DNA of 64,000 nt, taken from IMG/VR virus record IMGVR_UViG_3300029258_002403; one strand, 5' to 3'. Made by a program: the position numbers and the translations under genes. This DNA comes from an uncultured virus (IMG/VR IMGVR_UViG_3300029258_002403). Lineage: Duplodnaviria; Heunggongvirae; Uroviricota; Caudoviricetes. Below the pieces are notes generated by a model. It did no database searches. It saw only the letters and a list, made by a program, of their open reading frames with translations, and was not told the DNA's origin. Positions 18,832 through 28,844 of this stretch are shown piece after piece. Position 1 is the first letter of the stretch, and the number at the start of each line of letters is the position of its first letter.

Positions 18832-21372
18832 TTAGCTGCTGATCTCCTCCACGTTGACGGTAGTGCCAACCGTGGTGCGGAACACGATGAAGTCCATGGA
18901 TGCGAACAGGCGCACCGCGATGGAGATGATCTGGAACCCCTGGCCGCGCTGTTCCTCCGTGGTGTCGTCCACCACGTTGAAGTCCTCGATCCGGGAGGAC
19001 TCCGGCTGGTTGGCGCTCTGGAGCTGCTCCAGGAATCCGTTGAGGGTGCCCAGGAGGGCCCGCCGGCGCACGGGGGTGTTGAGCTTCTTGACGTACCCCA
19101 CCCCGATGTCGCTGAACGAGTCGATCAGGAAGTCGCCCATGAAACGGCGCTTGGCGTCCACCAGCGCGGGCTGGGTGGCCGGCTGGACCGAAGTCACGTC
19201 GCTCTGGAACACGATCCCCGCCACGCGGTCGGTGCGGGGGGCGATGATCCCGTTGGCCTTGAAGTCGATGTAGTCATCGATCGTGAGGCCGATTCCGCCC
19301 TGCTCCTTGTTGTAGGCGTCCTCCAGGCCCAGGGCGTTGAGGGGGCCGTAGTTGGTGTCGCTCAACTGCTGGCCGCGGTTCTCCTCGGGCGGCAGGATGG
19401 AACCCACGCTCGCGTAGAACCCGTCCGACCGCGCCTGGATCACCCCGTCGTCGGTGAACCCGGGGCCGCCCAGTTCCCCCTTGGCGGCGATCTCGGGGAT
19501 GAACGTGATCAGGCCGGGGAAGGCGTAGAACACCCGCTGCTCACGGCCCACGTTGCCCACCCCGACCCCGCTGGCCGCCTTGGCGTCGGCGCGGCTGGTG
19601 GCGATCGGGGGAGACACCACGGCCTTGCGGGCTCGGTGGCCCGTGGCCGTGGCCTGGAGGGCGTTGTCCCGGAGCTTCTGCATGATCCGCTCGCTGGTAC
19701 GCGCCGAGTACATGATGTTGATGTCGTGGGGGACCCCGCTCACGTCGATCGTGGTGTCGATCGCCTCCAGGTACCGCACGTCCATCTGGGCCGCGGTGAG
19801 ACGAGACAGAGCCGCCGCGTTGGTGACGGAGAACCCATCCAGGAGGGTGTCCACCAACTCCGACAGGTCACCGATGGCGGCCGTGGGGGTGGTGTCGTCG
19901 TCCACACCCGGGCGCACCTTGATGTCCAGGGCGCTGCTCTGGTTGGCGGGGACCGTGGTGTCCTCCAGGGTCACCCACAGGGCACCGCTGGTCACGTCCC
20001 GCACGCGGGTTCCTGCGGGGATCACGGTCTCCGTGCCCACGTTGGCGAACACGGTGGTCCCCGTGGTGAGCCCCAGGGCCGCAGCGCCGGTGCTCGTTCC
20101 GGCGATCAGGATGGACCCGGTGGCCGGGGTGGTGGTGGCGCAGATCCGCAGGTTGCCGTCCGGGTTGGCGTCCACGGCCACGCCCGCCAGGGCGCCCAGG
20201 ATGGACGCCACCTCGGCCTGGGTCACCAGGAGGAGGTTGGCCACGTTGCCCGTACCCACCCCCAGGGAGAACACCCCCGGGGTGGTGAGGGCAATAGTCA
20301 TGTCGCCGCCGGCCGGCTCTGCGACCACGGAGGTGGTGAACGGAACGTTCACGTCCCCCTCCACCGTCATATCGGCCACGCCGCTGGTGGCGTAGGTGAC
20401 ACCCGGGACTCCAAGCCCCTGTGCCGCGAGCAGGAGGTTGTCCCGTACCACGGCAGGGGTGTCCAGAGCGCCGGCCACGTAGGTGGCGTCGAAGTCCGTG
20501 CTCACCCCGTCGATCACCACCGTGGTGCGCAGGGTGAACGCGCCACCGCCGGTGTTGCTGTTGATCGTGACCGTGTCCAACTGCTGGACCGGAGGGAACG
20601 GGAGGCCGAAGGTGGCCACCGCGGTTCCGCCGATCACCTCGATGGTGCCACTGTACCCCTCCACCAGGGAGCGCAGTTCCAGTTCGCCGCCCACTTCGAA
20701 GGCCACGTCGGCGGCCAGGACCGCGTTGATCCGGTCCCGCACCTGGAACACGGTCTGATCGGCGGCGGTGAACGTGATCACCCGGGTGGGGCCTCCGTCC
20801 ACGCTCACCTCCAGGGTCTCGCCCCCCACGAAACCCGTGGGGTACACGCCACCCACGCCGGTGAGGATCCCCTTGGTGCCCAGGAACGTGCCGGTGACCG
20901 GCGCTGCGCCGTCCACCGAGATGTCCACGGTGTCGCCGTTGACCAGTTCGAACGGCCCTCGGCCGCCCACCACGCACGCCAGGCGGCTGAAGGACACGGT
21001 CCCGGGGGAGTTGTCCACCCGCACCAGGATCAGGCCGCTGAACCGCTTGTTGCGCAGGGCGATGAACCCGTTGCCGTTCCAGAAGTTGTCGGTGTCGGAT
21101 CCGGCCGACTTGGCGGCCACTGGGAGCTGGTTGGTCTCCCCGTTGTAGGTGTGGCCGAAGCCCCCGAAGGTGGCCTCCAGGTCACTCCCGCCGAACACGC
21201 GGAGGGGGGTGTTGACCGGGCCGCGTTCGAACTCCCCGATGACTGCCGTGACGCCCACACCCGCGCCCAGGGGCGCAGCGGGAGGGGGAATGTCGATCGT
21301 GTTGACGCTCTCGATGTTCCCGAGGATGTTGAAGCCGGGGAACTGAACGAATACGCGCTTGAATCCTGCCAT
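18832..21372 (-). CDS. Tail sheath protein
   Basis: 'TAVIGEFERGPVNTPLRV..DLEATFG' N-terminus; 'RRFMGDFL...LNGFLEQL...IEDFNV..MDFIVF' C-terminus. Confidence 0.9.
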   Translation of the reverse strand: MAGFKRVFVQFPGFNILGNIESVNTIDIPPPAAPLGAGVGVTAVIGEFERGPVNTPLRVFGGSDLEATFGGFGHTYNGETNQLPVAAKSAGSDTDNFWNGNGFIALRNKRFSGLILVRVDNSPGTVSFSRLACVVGGRGPFELVNGDTVDISVDGAAPVTGTFLGTKGILTGVGGVYPTGFVGGETLEVSVDGGPTRVITFTAADQTVFQVRDRINAVLAADVAFEVGGELELRSLVEGYSGTIEVIGGTAVATFGLPFPPVQQLDTVTINSNTGGGAFTLRTTVVIDGVSTDFDATYVAGALDTPAVVRDNLLLAAQGLGVPGVTYATSGVADMTVEGDVNVPFTTSVVAEPAGGDMTIALTTPGVFSLGVGTGNVANLLLVTQAEVASILGALAGVAVDANPDGNLRICATTTPATGSILIAGTSTGAAALGLTTGTTVFANVGTETVIPAGTRVRDVTSGALWVTLEDTTVPANQSSALDIKVRPGVDDDTTPTAAIGDLSELVDTLLDGFSVTNAAALSRLTAAQMDVRYLEAIDTTIDVSGVPHDINIMYSARTSERIMQKLRDNALQATATGHRARKAVVSPPIATSRADAKAASGVGVGNVGREQRVFYAFPGLITFIPEIAAKGELGGPGFTDDGVIQARSDGFYASVGSILPPEENRGQQLSDTNYGPLNALGLEDAYNKEQGGIGLTIDDYIDFKANGIIAPRTDRVAGIVFQSDVTSVQPATQPALVDAKRRFMGDFLIDSFSDIGVGYVKKLNTPVRRRALLGTLNGFLEQLQSANQPESSRIEDFNVVDDTTEEQRGQGFQIISIAVRLFASMDFIVFRTTVGTTVNVEEISS

Positions 21373-21453
21373 GGTGGGGTGTCTCCTGCTGGGTCGGGTG
21401 GGGCGCCGCCGGCAAGTCTAACCCAGCACGGCGCCGCCTGTCGCGTCAAGTGC

Positions 21454-22197
21454 TCACGTGGCCTGTACGTCGATCCGCGGCACAAGGAGGGTGGCGGGCG
21501 CCTGGACCAGTTTGACCAACTGGATGTCGGCGTCGAAGCGGGCCACCAGGGGCCAGATCTTCTGCCGGGCATCCGTGGGGTTGTCCTGGTAGGCCACGTC
21601 TCGCAGTGAGAACCGCGCCACCCGGTCAAAGTATTCGGGGACGGTGACCCGCCGCCCTCCGCGCTCGTCGTCGGGCTCTGCGATGAACGCGTTGATCATC
21701 TCCCGGCGCACCGCGGCCCGCTCGTCCTTGTGGGCCACCCAGAACACCACCTGGATCGTGGTGGACACCTCCCCCAGATGGCGGAGGACCGTCCCCTCCC
21801 CGTACACCCCCACGGTGTCCTCCAGCAGTTGGCGGCCACTCAGGGGACCCGCCAACTCGATGTCCTGCGCGTCCGGGGCCATCACGGTGGCGCTGGGGAC
21901 GGGGACTTGGTCGTCCTCCGTGTCCGGCCAGTCCAGGAACACCCGTTCCACCCGCATCTCGTTGGCCTCCACCCGCCGGTCCTCCAGGAGGGCCTTGCGG
22001 TCGATCGTGGTGAACGTGAGGCTGGTGAGGATGTCCGCCATGCCCACCTGGAGGGCGGTGAGGTCGTCCACGAACAGGCGGGGGGACAGCCCCTCGTTCT
22101 GGCCCGGGGGGATGATCTGGCGGACACCGTCGTGCTCCCCATCCCATGGAACGGTGGTGCCGTCCGCGTTCTCGTGCTGGTGGTGCTGGTCAGTCAT
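21454..22197 (-). CDS. Putative tail terminator/neck protein
   Basis: 247 aa immediately upstream of the sheath. Confidence 0.55.
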   Translation of the reverse strand: MTDQHHQHENADGTTVPWDGEHDGVRQIIPPGQNEGLSPRLFVDDLTALQVGMADILTSLTFTTIDRKALLEDRRVEANEMRVERVFLDWPDTEDDQVPVPSATVMAPDAQDIELAGPLSGRQLLEDTVGVYGEGTVLRHLGEVSTTIQVVFWVAHKDERAAVRREMINAFIAEPDDERGGRRVTVPEYFDRVARFSLRDVAYQDNPTDARQKIWPLVARFDADIQLVKLVQAPATLLVPRIDVQAT

Positions 22198-22898
22198 GGG
22201 GTGAGCTTCTTGAGGGCCTTGCCCAGTTGGCGGTTGATCTCGCGCTTGGCGTACTTCTGGATCCGCGGCATGGTGCGCAGGAGAACGTACCGCCCCTGCG
22301 TCCCCCGCTTACCGATGGCCCGCGCCACCATCCAGGCGAACGCCTCCTGGTGCTCAGCCTTTCGGAGGGCGGCCTTGCTTGGCTTCTTGGCCCCCTTGGG
22401 CTTCTTGGGGGCTTGGGGTCCGCCCCCGCTCCCCGTGGGACCGTACTTGGCGGCCAGATCTCGCTGGGCCTTGTCGGCCGCCCTTTGACCGGGGGACTTC
22501 TTCTTGGCGCTCCCTTTGCGCTTCTTGCCCTGGCCCTTCTTGACCACCTTCCCCTGCTTGTCAAACTTGAACCGCTTGATCTTGACCCACTCCAGGATGG
22601 GTTCCAGGGGCGGCATCTTGCCGGGGCGGCGGCCCACCTCCACGAAGATCGAGTGCCGGGCGCTGTTGCCCAGGACGGCGCCGGTCTTGGTCTTCTTGAT
22701 CTCCCACGCTTGATCGTAGGTCCCATGGGCGATCGGCTTGGGGCTGGTCTGGCGGGTGGTCCGTCGAACCGCGCCCAGGCCGAACTCCGCGGTCTTGACC
22801 ATGGCGATCCGCACCGCGTTGCCCGTGGCCATGTCCAGCTTGTTGGCCGCGGCCCGCATCCGGCTGGGATGGGGAAGGGTGATCCGCTTGTACGCCAT
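22194..22898 (-). CDS. HK97 gp10-like tail completion protein with Lys-rich insertion
   Basis: 'GTYDQAW...NSARHSIFVEVGRRPGKMPP...ILEWV...ARAIGKRGT'. Confidence 0.7.
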   Translation of the reverse strand: MAYKRITLPHPSRMRAAANKLDMATGNAVRIAMVKTAEFGLGAVRRTTRQTSPKPIAHGTYDQAWEIKKTKTGAVLGNSARHSIFVEVGRRPGKMPPLEPILEWVKIKRFKFDKQGKVVKKGQGKKRKGSAKKKSPGQRAADKAQRDLAAKYGPTGSGGGPQAPKKPKGAKKPSKAALRKAEHQEAFAWMVARAIGKRGTQGRYVLLRTMPRIQKYAKREINRQLGKALKKLTP

Positions 22899-22901
22899 CC
22901 A

Positions 22902-23621
22902 TCACGTCCGCAGGGTCCCGCGCCTACGCCTGCGGAGACGCGCGGGCTTGAAGGTGTTGTCCCTGTCCGGGGTGTCCGGTCCCGGCGCGGCAGCCCGGGG
23001 GTGATTCTGGGACCCGATCACCATGAAATACTGGAACTGCTCCCCGTCCAGGTAGGGGATGGCGGTGGGGGTGAACCGCCCGGGGTTGATCGGCGGCGTA
23101 CCTACGCACCGACCGATCTGCTGGACCTCGTAGAAGAACTCCACCCCCGGAGGTGGGTCGGCGCCGTCGATCTTGCCCAGGAGGGTGGCCTGGTCCACTT
23201 GGACCGGGGAGATCTCGGACAGGAGGAGGTCCCCTTGGTCCTGCATCCCCGCCTCCGTCAACTCCCAGTCCAGGTCGTTGAACGTGCTCACCTGGACCGG
23301 GGTCAACTCCAACTCCCGGTAGATCTTGGTGAACCGCTGGCGGCCGTCTCGCTCCCACCACACCAGGCGCACCCGGTACGGCCGAAGGCCGAGGTCGTGC
23401 TGGATCTTGCGGGCCGAGTCCACCGCGTCCTGAAGGCACACCCCCAGGCTGTTGGCGTACTCCTCGTCCGTGATCGGGACGTTGGCCGGTCCTGGGGCGC
23501 ACACCCCTGGGGCGGGGACCACTGCCCCCGTGACGGGATCAACGATGGCGCCGCACGCCCCGCAGGGCGCGCCCGGGGTGACTGCCCCCGGTGCGCCGCA
23601 AGCGGAGCAGCACGACATCAT
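22902..23621 (-). CDS. Putative head-closure protein with Cys-rich N-terminus
   Basis: ATGA overlap at 23621; CSACG/CGACG; neck-region position. Confidence 0.55.
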   Translation of the reverse strand: MMSCCSACGAPGAVTPGAPCGACGAIVDPVTGAVVPAPGVCAPGPANVPITDEEYANSLGVCLQDAVDSARKIQHDLGLRPYRVRLVWWERDGRQRFTKIYRELELTPVQVSTFNDLDWELTEAGMQDQGDLLLSEISPVQVDQATLLGKIDGADPPPGVEFFYEVQQIGRCVGTPPINPGRFTPTAIPYLDGEQFQYFMVIGSQNHPRAAAPGPDTPDRDNTFKPARLRRRRRGTLRT

Positions 23622-24115
23622 CCGCCTCCGAGGGGCTTGACCAGGATCCGGTACTCGCCGCCCGCCGGGCCGCCCGCGGCTGCGGACACCCGGAAGGCGA
23701 ACTGGTTCTGCGCTCCACCGATCCCAGGGAGGCGGGCCACGATGGCGGCGGGGAGGGTGAACGACCACGCCGTGAGAGGGGTGGTGGGGTCCTCCACCGC
23801 CATGATGTGTGGCGCGCGGTCGTTGTAGTCACCGCTGAACTGGACCACCTCCACCACGTCCACGTCCACGGACACACCCGCGGGGACCTGCACGTTCCCG
23901 TCTGCGTCCACTGCCACCACGGCTACAGCGCACCCCTTGGCGGGGCGGCCGGGGAGGTTGGGCACCTGGAAGGCCCGGGAAGGATTCCCGGCCCCGTCCA
24001 GGAGGCGGGGGTCCTGGGTGGCAACCCAGTCCGGGTCAGGCGCGAACCCGTCCACCGCGATCTGGCGGGCCACGATCCACTCGTTGTAGCGGGGGGTGTC
24101 TCCTGCCAGTCCCAT
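23618..24115 (-). CDS. Hypothetical virion protein
   Basis: 165 aa in the neck region. Confidence 0.6.
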   Translation of the reverse strand: MGLAGDTPRYNEWIVARQIAVDGFAPDPDWVATQDPRLLDGAGNPSRAFQVPNLPGRPAKGCAVAVVAVDADGNVQVPAGVSVDVDVVEVVQFSGDYNDRAPHIMAVEDPTTPLTAWSFTLPAAIVARLPGIGGAQNQFAFRVSAAAGGPAGGEYRILVKPLGGG

Positions 24116-24117
24116 GA

Positions 24118-24339
24118 TCAGTCACGCGTCCCGTCGATCAGGTCCATCACGTCCGCCTTGGTGCGGGCGTCCTGGTAGTCCGCGACCCCGTTGTCCTGGC
24201 ACCACGCGTCCAGTTCCACCCGCTTCCAGTCCTCGGAGGGGTCCCCCTCCGGGTACGGCCGCGGCGGCGGATCGTCGGTGGCGGGCGCGGGATCGGGCGC
24301 GCCCTTGGTGCGGATGATGCAGTTGGTGTTGACGGGCAC
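24118..24339 (-). CDS. Small HeH/Rho-N-like domain protein
   Basis: 'EDWKRVELDAWCQDNGV...TKADVMDLI'; AGGAG RBS. Confidence 0.6.
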   Translation of the reverse strand: MPVNTNCIIRTKGAPDPAPATDDPPPRPYPEGDPSEDWKRVELDAWCQDNGVADYQDARTKADVMDLIDGTRD

Positions 24340-24348
24340 GGGGTTCTC

Positions 24349-24753
24349 CTACGATGGGTTGATGACGACGTACTCGCCGCCGACGCGCTGGTGCTTTTTG
24401 CTGAACGGGTTTTTGTTGACGCCGAAGATGTCCACGAGGGCGTCGGTCCAGTAGTCGTACTGGTCCTCCAGGGCCTCAAGCTCCTCCGGCCCCCGGAGGA
24501 TCACCCCGCCCACCGACACCGCCTGGAGGCGCTTCTTGGCGTCCATGATCTGGCGCTCAATGCACTCGCATTGATGGAGCACCTCCCTGAACTTGGGCTC
24601 GGCCTCCGGGACGATGTCGTTCATGGCGGCCTCCAGGAGGTACGCGGGATGCCCGGCCGCGGGGAACCCCAGGGCCAGCGCCGCGCCGGCGGCGATGTTG
24701 GGGAACCCCAGGTGATACCGGGTCCGTGCGCGTTCTTCCTGGGTGAGTGCCAT
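24349..24753 (-). CDS. Head-tail adaptor
   Basis: 'MALTQEERARTRYHLG' helical 134 aa after the capsid genes. Confidence 0.65.
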   Translation of the reverse strand: MALTQEERARTRYHLGFPNIAAGAALALGFPAAGHPAYLLEAAMNDIVPEAEPKFREVLHQCECIERQIMDAKKRLQAVSVGGVILRGPEELEALEDQYDYWTDALVDIFGVNKNPFSKKHQRVGGEYVVINPS

Positions 24754-24756
24754 GGG

Positions 24757-25305
24757 TTACCCTCCTGCGGCGATTGCCTCGGCTCGTGCAGCGGCCATCC
24801 GGGCCTCGGCGCTCTCGATCTGCGCCTTGGCCAACTGTCCCTCGGCCTCGGCGGCCGCGAGCCGAGCGGCGTGCTCGGCCTTGAGCTTGGCGATCTGGGC
24901 CGCCTGGTCCTGGGGGATCCCCACCTTGAGTCCGTGGCGCACGTAGTCCACGAGGTGGGGCACGTGGTCCGCGCGGACGATTGCCCCCTTGCGGAACTGG
25001 CTGTTGGCGCTCTTGGCCCAGTCCTCCAGGATCTCCAGGCGGGCATAGGGGTTGTCCTGGACCATCCCCGCCAAGGCGTCGGCGTTGAGGGCGCGGAGTT
25101 CCGCGGGAGCCGCCACCTCCATGATCTCCAGGCGGGTGGAGTTGGCCGTCACCACGTTGGTGAGGTGCTCCACCTTGCTGGTCAGGGTGGTCACTTGGTC
25201 GCGGAGCGCGGCCAGTTCGGTGTCCTTGGCGTCCATGGCGGTTCGGAGTTCTGCCACCTGCTCCTTGAGAGGGGCGGGCTTGCTGGTCTTGGGGTCGTTG
25301 GGCAT
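24757..25305 (-). CDS. Coiled-coil hypothetical protein
   Basis: AGGAGG RBS before ATG 25305. Confidence 0.65.
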   Translation of the reverse strand: MPNDPKTSKPAPLKEQVAELRTAMDAKDTELAALRDQVTTLTSKVEHLTNVVTANSTRLEIMEVAAPAELRALNADALAGMVQDNPYARLEILEDWAKSANSQFRKGAIVRADHVPHLVDYVRHGLKVGIPQDQAAQIAKLKAEHAARLAAAEAEGQLAKAQIESAEARMAAARAEAIAAGG

Positions 25306-25337
25306 TGGTGTCCTCCTGGCGCGCACAGTCTACCAGG

Positions 25338-25377
25338 AAAACGAAGCCCCCGGCACGCGGGGCGTGGCGGGGGCTCG
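25338..25377 (-). terminator. Probable intrinsic terminator
   Basis: GC hairpin agccccc..gggggct followed by T-run on the minus strand. Confidence 0.5.
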
Positions 25378-25403
25378 GTCTGAAGGAGGGAAGGGCGAGG
25401 AGC

Positions 25404-25607
25404 CTACTGCTCGGTGGAGCCGCCCCCGGCCTTCATGGGACCGGTGGCCGCCGCGTGACCTTGGCCTGGGTGCTTCTCCCCCTTGGGGGCGGTGTTGCTC
25501 CCCTTCTGGGGAAGGACGCTGCCCAGGGAAGTGCCCCCCGGCGCGGACGGGCCACACTCGTTGCGGCACAGGCTGTTGGTCTTGTGGACGGGCTGCTTCT
25601 TGGGCAT
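25404..25607 (-). CDS. Small basic hypothetical protein
   Basis: GGAGG RBS; 67 aa K/G-rich. Confidence 0.55.
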   Translation of the reverse strand: MPKKQPVHKTNSLCRNECGPSAPGGTSLGSVLPQKGSNTAPKGEKHPGQGHAAATGPMKAGGGSTEQ

Positions 25608-25670
25608 CTGCGTGTTCCTCCGGGTTGAACCCTACCACACCCGGTGAGGTGAGAGCCGCGGCGGCGAGGC

Positions 25671-26096
25671 TTAGGGCCCCGCCTCCTCGGCCATGAGGGC
25701 CTTGAAGTTGGGGGGGAGGAGGTTGGCCACCATCTCGCACTCCGTCACCGCGTCGGCGGCGTTGAAGTTGACGGTGGGGATCCCGTTGGCGTCGTAGGCA
25801 ACCTGCGCCTCGCCGGCCGCGGGAGCGCCAGCCACGATGGTCTTGTCACCGGGGGCGCCACCAGCGGTGACGTTGACCCGGACCACCTCGCCGGCGAACC
25901 CGGTCTTGGCGGCGGCGTCACCCAGGGCGCCGGTCGTGTCGGCGGCCACGGCCACGGCGGTCACATTGGCGTCGCGGGCCACGGGGGGAAGGTTGGACTC
26001 CAGCGCGGAACGGAGCGCGGGGGCGATGACCCGAAGCTGGTCCAGGTAGTCCGTGGGGGAGTGCTTGTCGATCTGTGCGCTGCGCGGGTTGGCCAT
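25671..26096 (-). CDS. Putative capsid decoration protein
   Basis: 141 aa Ala-rich protein directly after the major capsid gene. Confidence 0.5.
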   Translation of the reverse strand: MANPRSAQIDKHSPTDYLDQLRVIAPALRSALESNLPPVARDANVTAVAVAADTTGALGDAAAKTGFAGEVVRVNVTAGGAPGDKTIVAGAPAAGEAQVAYDANGIPTVNFNAADAVTECEMVANLLPPNFKALMAEEAGP

Positions 26097-26134
26097 GTCT
26101 CTGTCTCCTGCGGGAGGGTGGGGGTTCTACCCCC

Positions 26135-26165
26135 AAAGCCCCGTGCGGCGAACCGCTACGGGGCT
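26135..26165 (-). terminator. Probable terminator after the capsid gene
   Basis: agccccgt-gcgg-cgaa-ccgc-tacggggct hairpin then TTT on the minus strand. Confidence 0.5.
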
Positions 26166-26187
26166 GGGGTCGATCAGGGGTTGAGGA

Positions 26188-27603
26188 CTAGTCCTCCGAC
26201 CCGCTCTCGATCACGATGGCCCGCTTGTACCGGCCGCCGGTCTGGCCGCCGAGCAGGTCCGTGGGGACGCCCCAGTCACCACTCCAGGACCAGGACTGGG
26301 AGACCTGCTGCTGGAGGCGGTCCTGCGGGGCGCGGATGATGTACCGGATCCGCTCGGTGCTGATCTGGATCCCGTTGTTGACCACCGAGAACTGGCCCAC
26401 CTTGCCCACGTACCCGGCCTCGGTGAGGTAGTCGCTCTCCTCATCGATCCACTTCTCCATGATGGAGCCGCCGCCGGTGATGATCGTGCGGATCACGCCC
26501 ACGCCCGCGGCGTTGCGGACCTCGCCGTAGTGCTCGGGGCTGGCCAGAGCCGAACCCGCGGACAGGGGGCGGCTCCCCACCAGACCAGCGCCCTGGAGGG
26601 GGTCGCTGTTGAACACGTTGGGGCTCTCGTTGTTGGTGAAGAAGATCGCACCCAGGAGGCGCCCGATGGCGAACTCGGCGTAGCGCAGACCGTCCGGCAC
26701 CCCCTGGTTGAGGCGCTGGAACTCGTTGTCGTTGTAGATCTGCGACTCGGCCACCGGGTCCAGGTGGACGTGGTAGTACCCGTCCGCGTGGGTGGGCACC
26801 CGGTTGCGCCGGAGGATGGCAATGGCCTGGCGGATCTCCTTGAGGGAAAGAGCCGACACGGCGGTGAGGCCGTCCACGGTGGCGGCACCACCCACCCGGA
26901 TGATCCGGGGAGCGTCCACGGCCAGGACGCGAGCGCCTGCCAGGAACGTGGTGGCCGCGGCCAGGGTGAGGGTACCCGGGCCGAAGGGGTTGTTGGGATC
27001 GGCGGGGGCGGCCGCGATCACGTTGTGGGTTCCCGCCACGCCGCTGATCCGCACCACCTTGGGGTTGCCGCCGCTGATCGGGACCTCCTGGCCGTTGACG
27101 ATCGTGGTGGTGAACCCGTTGAGGCTCGCGACCACGAGGGTGGCGGAAGGTGCACCGGCATTGTCGGTCACCGTGTCCCCGCCGGTGTAGGCGCAGAACA
27201 GGCGGTTACGGGCCACCCGGTTGAGGCTCTGGCCAGCCTGGAGGCCCAGGGTCTTGGCGTTGCGAGCGAAGATCGGCGCCAGGCTGGTGCGGCTCGACGG
27301 CATGTGGGTGTCCATCGAGTCGCCGTACTGCTCGGCGCGGACGCTCCACTGTTCGAACGACGGCTGCTTGGGCGTGGGATCCGTCCCGGGGGTGAGCGGC
27401 TTCACGGCCGGGGGCAGCAAGCTGCTCCGGGTGAAGATCTGCGAATCGCCCACGTTGATCTCCCACTTCTCGGGCATGGCTTCCTCGCGGAACAGGAGCT
27501 GCGGGAACAGAGCGTCCCGAAACTCGCGCGCCAGGGTGTTGTCCTGCACGATGGGGTCGAGGAAAGCGAGGGGCGGAAGAATGGATCCGAGTCCGGCGGC
27601 CAT
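26188..27603 (-). CDS. Major capsid protein (HK97 fold, N4-gp56-like)
   Basis: 471 aa after the scaffold; 'PLTPGTDPT...EQYG...LGLQAGQSLNRVARN', 'DGYYHVHLDP', 'QDRLQQ..SQSW'. Confidence 0.85.
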   Translation of the reverse strand: MAAGLGSILPPLAFLDPIVQDNTLAREFRDALFPQLLFREEAMPEKWEINVGDSQIFTRSSLLPPAVKPLTPGTDPTPKQPSFEQWSVRAEQYGDSMDTHMPSSRTSLAPIFARNAKTLGLQAGQSLNRVARNRLFCAYTGGDTVTDNAGAPSATLVVASLNGFTTTIVNGQEVPISGGNPKVVRISGVAGTHNVIAAAPADPNNPFGPGTLTLAAATTFLAGARVLAVDAPRIIRVGGAATVDGLTAVSALSLKEIRQAIAILRRNRVPTHADGYYHVHLDPVAESQIYNDNEFQRLNQGVPDGLRYAEFAIGRLLGAIFFTNNESPNVFNSDPLQGAGLVGSRPLSAGSALASPEHYGEVRNAAGVGVIRTIITGGGSIMEKWIDEESDYLTEAGYVGKVGQFSVVNNGIQISTERIRYIIRAPQDRLQQQVSQSWSWSGDWGVPTDLLGGQTGGRYKRAIVIESGSED

Positions 27604-27665
27604 GGTGTGTGTCTCCTTGTGTCAGTCGTTCGCGCGGGGCGGTTGAGTGCCCCTGGGTGGGGCCG

Positions 27666-28463
27666 CTAGTGGAGGTTGTGTTGCCTCCGCTTGTACTCCT
27701 CATACTCTGCGCGGCTCATTTTCATGGTGTCAACCCCCTGGGACGGCTTTTCCCCCGCGGCCGGCGTAGCAGTCGGCTTTGGGGCGCTGGGCGCCGTTGA
27801 AGGGGCAGGCACGGGCGCCGGGGGTGCCGGCGTGGGATCGGGCGCGGGGGCGCTGGCGGGGGTCGCGGCGGTTTTCACCAGCCACGGGCTGTCCGCGAGC
27901 ACCTTCTTGACGGCGGCGCTCATGGACAGGCCGTCGTCGTCGGCGCAGGCCTTGAACGCCTGGTACCGAAGGTACTCCACCGCCTTGGCGTCCTGGAGTT
28001 GAGTCCCCTCGCTCACCAGGACGTTGGCCAGGTCTCGTTCCATGGCCGCCTCGGTAGCGGTGGCCTCGGCCTTGGTGGCGCGAGCTTCCAGGTCGGCCTT
28101 CTCCGCCTTGAGCCGTTCCACCTCGTCCATCTTGGCCCGTTCGGCCGCCACGCGTGCCGCTTCAGCTTCGGCCTCCCGGGCTTCCTTGGCGGCCTTCTTG
28201 GCAGCCTTGGCGATCTCCGCCTGGATCTCCGGGGTCTGGAGCAGTTCGCTCACCGGGGGGGTGCGCGGGGTGGGGGCAGGTGCAGGTTCCGGCGACGGAG
28301 CAGGTGGGGTCGCGCTCTCGGGGGCTGGACCAGTGGGGGGAGTAGGGGTGGGTCCCGGCTGGGACTGCGGCGCACCCGGTGCGTGCCCGCTCTCCCCAGC
28401 GCCGGGTTCGGTGGCGGGCAGGGGTGCGGGGTTGCTTGGCGTGGCGTGAGTCGGGTTGGTCAT
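27666..28463 (-). CDS. Capsid scaffolding protein
   Basis: Pro-rich linker, coiled coil, 'MKMSRAEYEEYKR' C-terminus; precedes the capsid gene. Confidence 0.8.
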   Translation of the reverse strand: MTNPTHATPSNPAPLPATEPGAGESGHAPGAPQSQPGPTPTPPTGPAPESATPPAPSPEPAPAPTPRTPPVSELLQTPEIQAEIAKAAKKAAKEAREAEAEAARVAAERAKMDEVERLKAEKADLEARATKAEATATEAAMERDLANVLVSEGTQLQDAKAVEYLRYQAFKACADDDGLSMSAAVKKVLADSPWLVKTAATPASAPAPDPTPAPPAPVPAPSTAPSAPKPTATPAAGEKPSQGVDTMKMSRAEYEEYKRRQHNLH

Positions 28464-28538
28464 GTCGGAGTCCTCCTGGCGGGGGCAAGACTAGCGCTAC
28501 GGCCGCGCAAAAGGCAAGGGTGTTTGGAGCGCCCTCCC

Positions 28539-28844
28539 CTACCCGTATGCCTGATCGTGATCCTGGCACGCGGCGTCCAGGGCATCCACCGGGTCGGCGG
28601 ACTCCCCGTCTGGTAGGCCGTGGCCCACCCCGCAGTATTCCCCGTGCCGGAAAGAACCCACCAACGCCTCCAGTGCCTTGGTGGGCTTGGCGTGCCACCC
28701 CAGCGCAACCCGCAGGGCGAACACAGCCCATACCTTCCGGGCTGCACGACGAGTGGACCGGGACTGCTTCCGGTCCCGCGCGATGGACCACGCGATCCTG
28801 CACAGACGGCGGTCGGCGGCTCGGCGGTCACGCCAGGTGCTCAC
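28539..28844 (-). CDS. Small protein with phospholipase A2-like motif
   Basis: 'EYCGVG...PVDALDAACQDHDQAY'; GTGA overlap with the upstream gene. Confidence 0.6.
   Translation of the reverse strand: MSTWRDRRAADRRLCRIAWSIARDRKQSRSTRRAARKVWAVFALRVALGWHAKPTKALEALVGSFRHGEYCGVGHGLPDGESADPVDALDAACQDHDQAYG

Noticed and set aside
27780..28440. Pro/Ala repeats in the scaffold gene
   Set aside because: Ordinary low-complexity linker, not a DNA repeat element.
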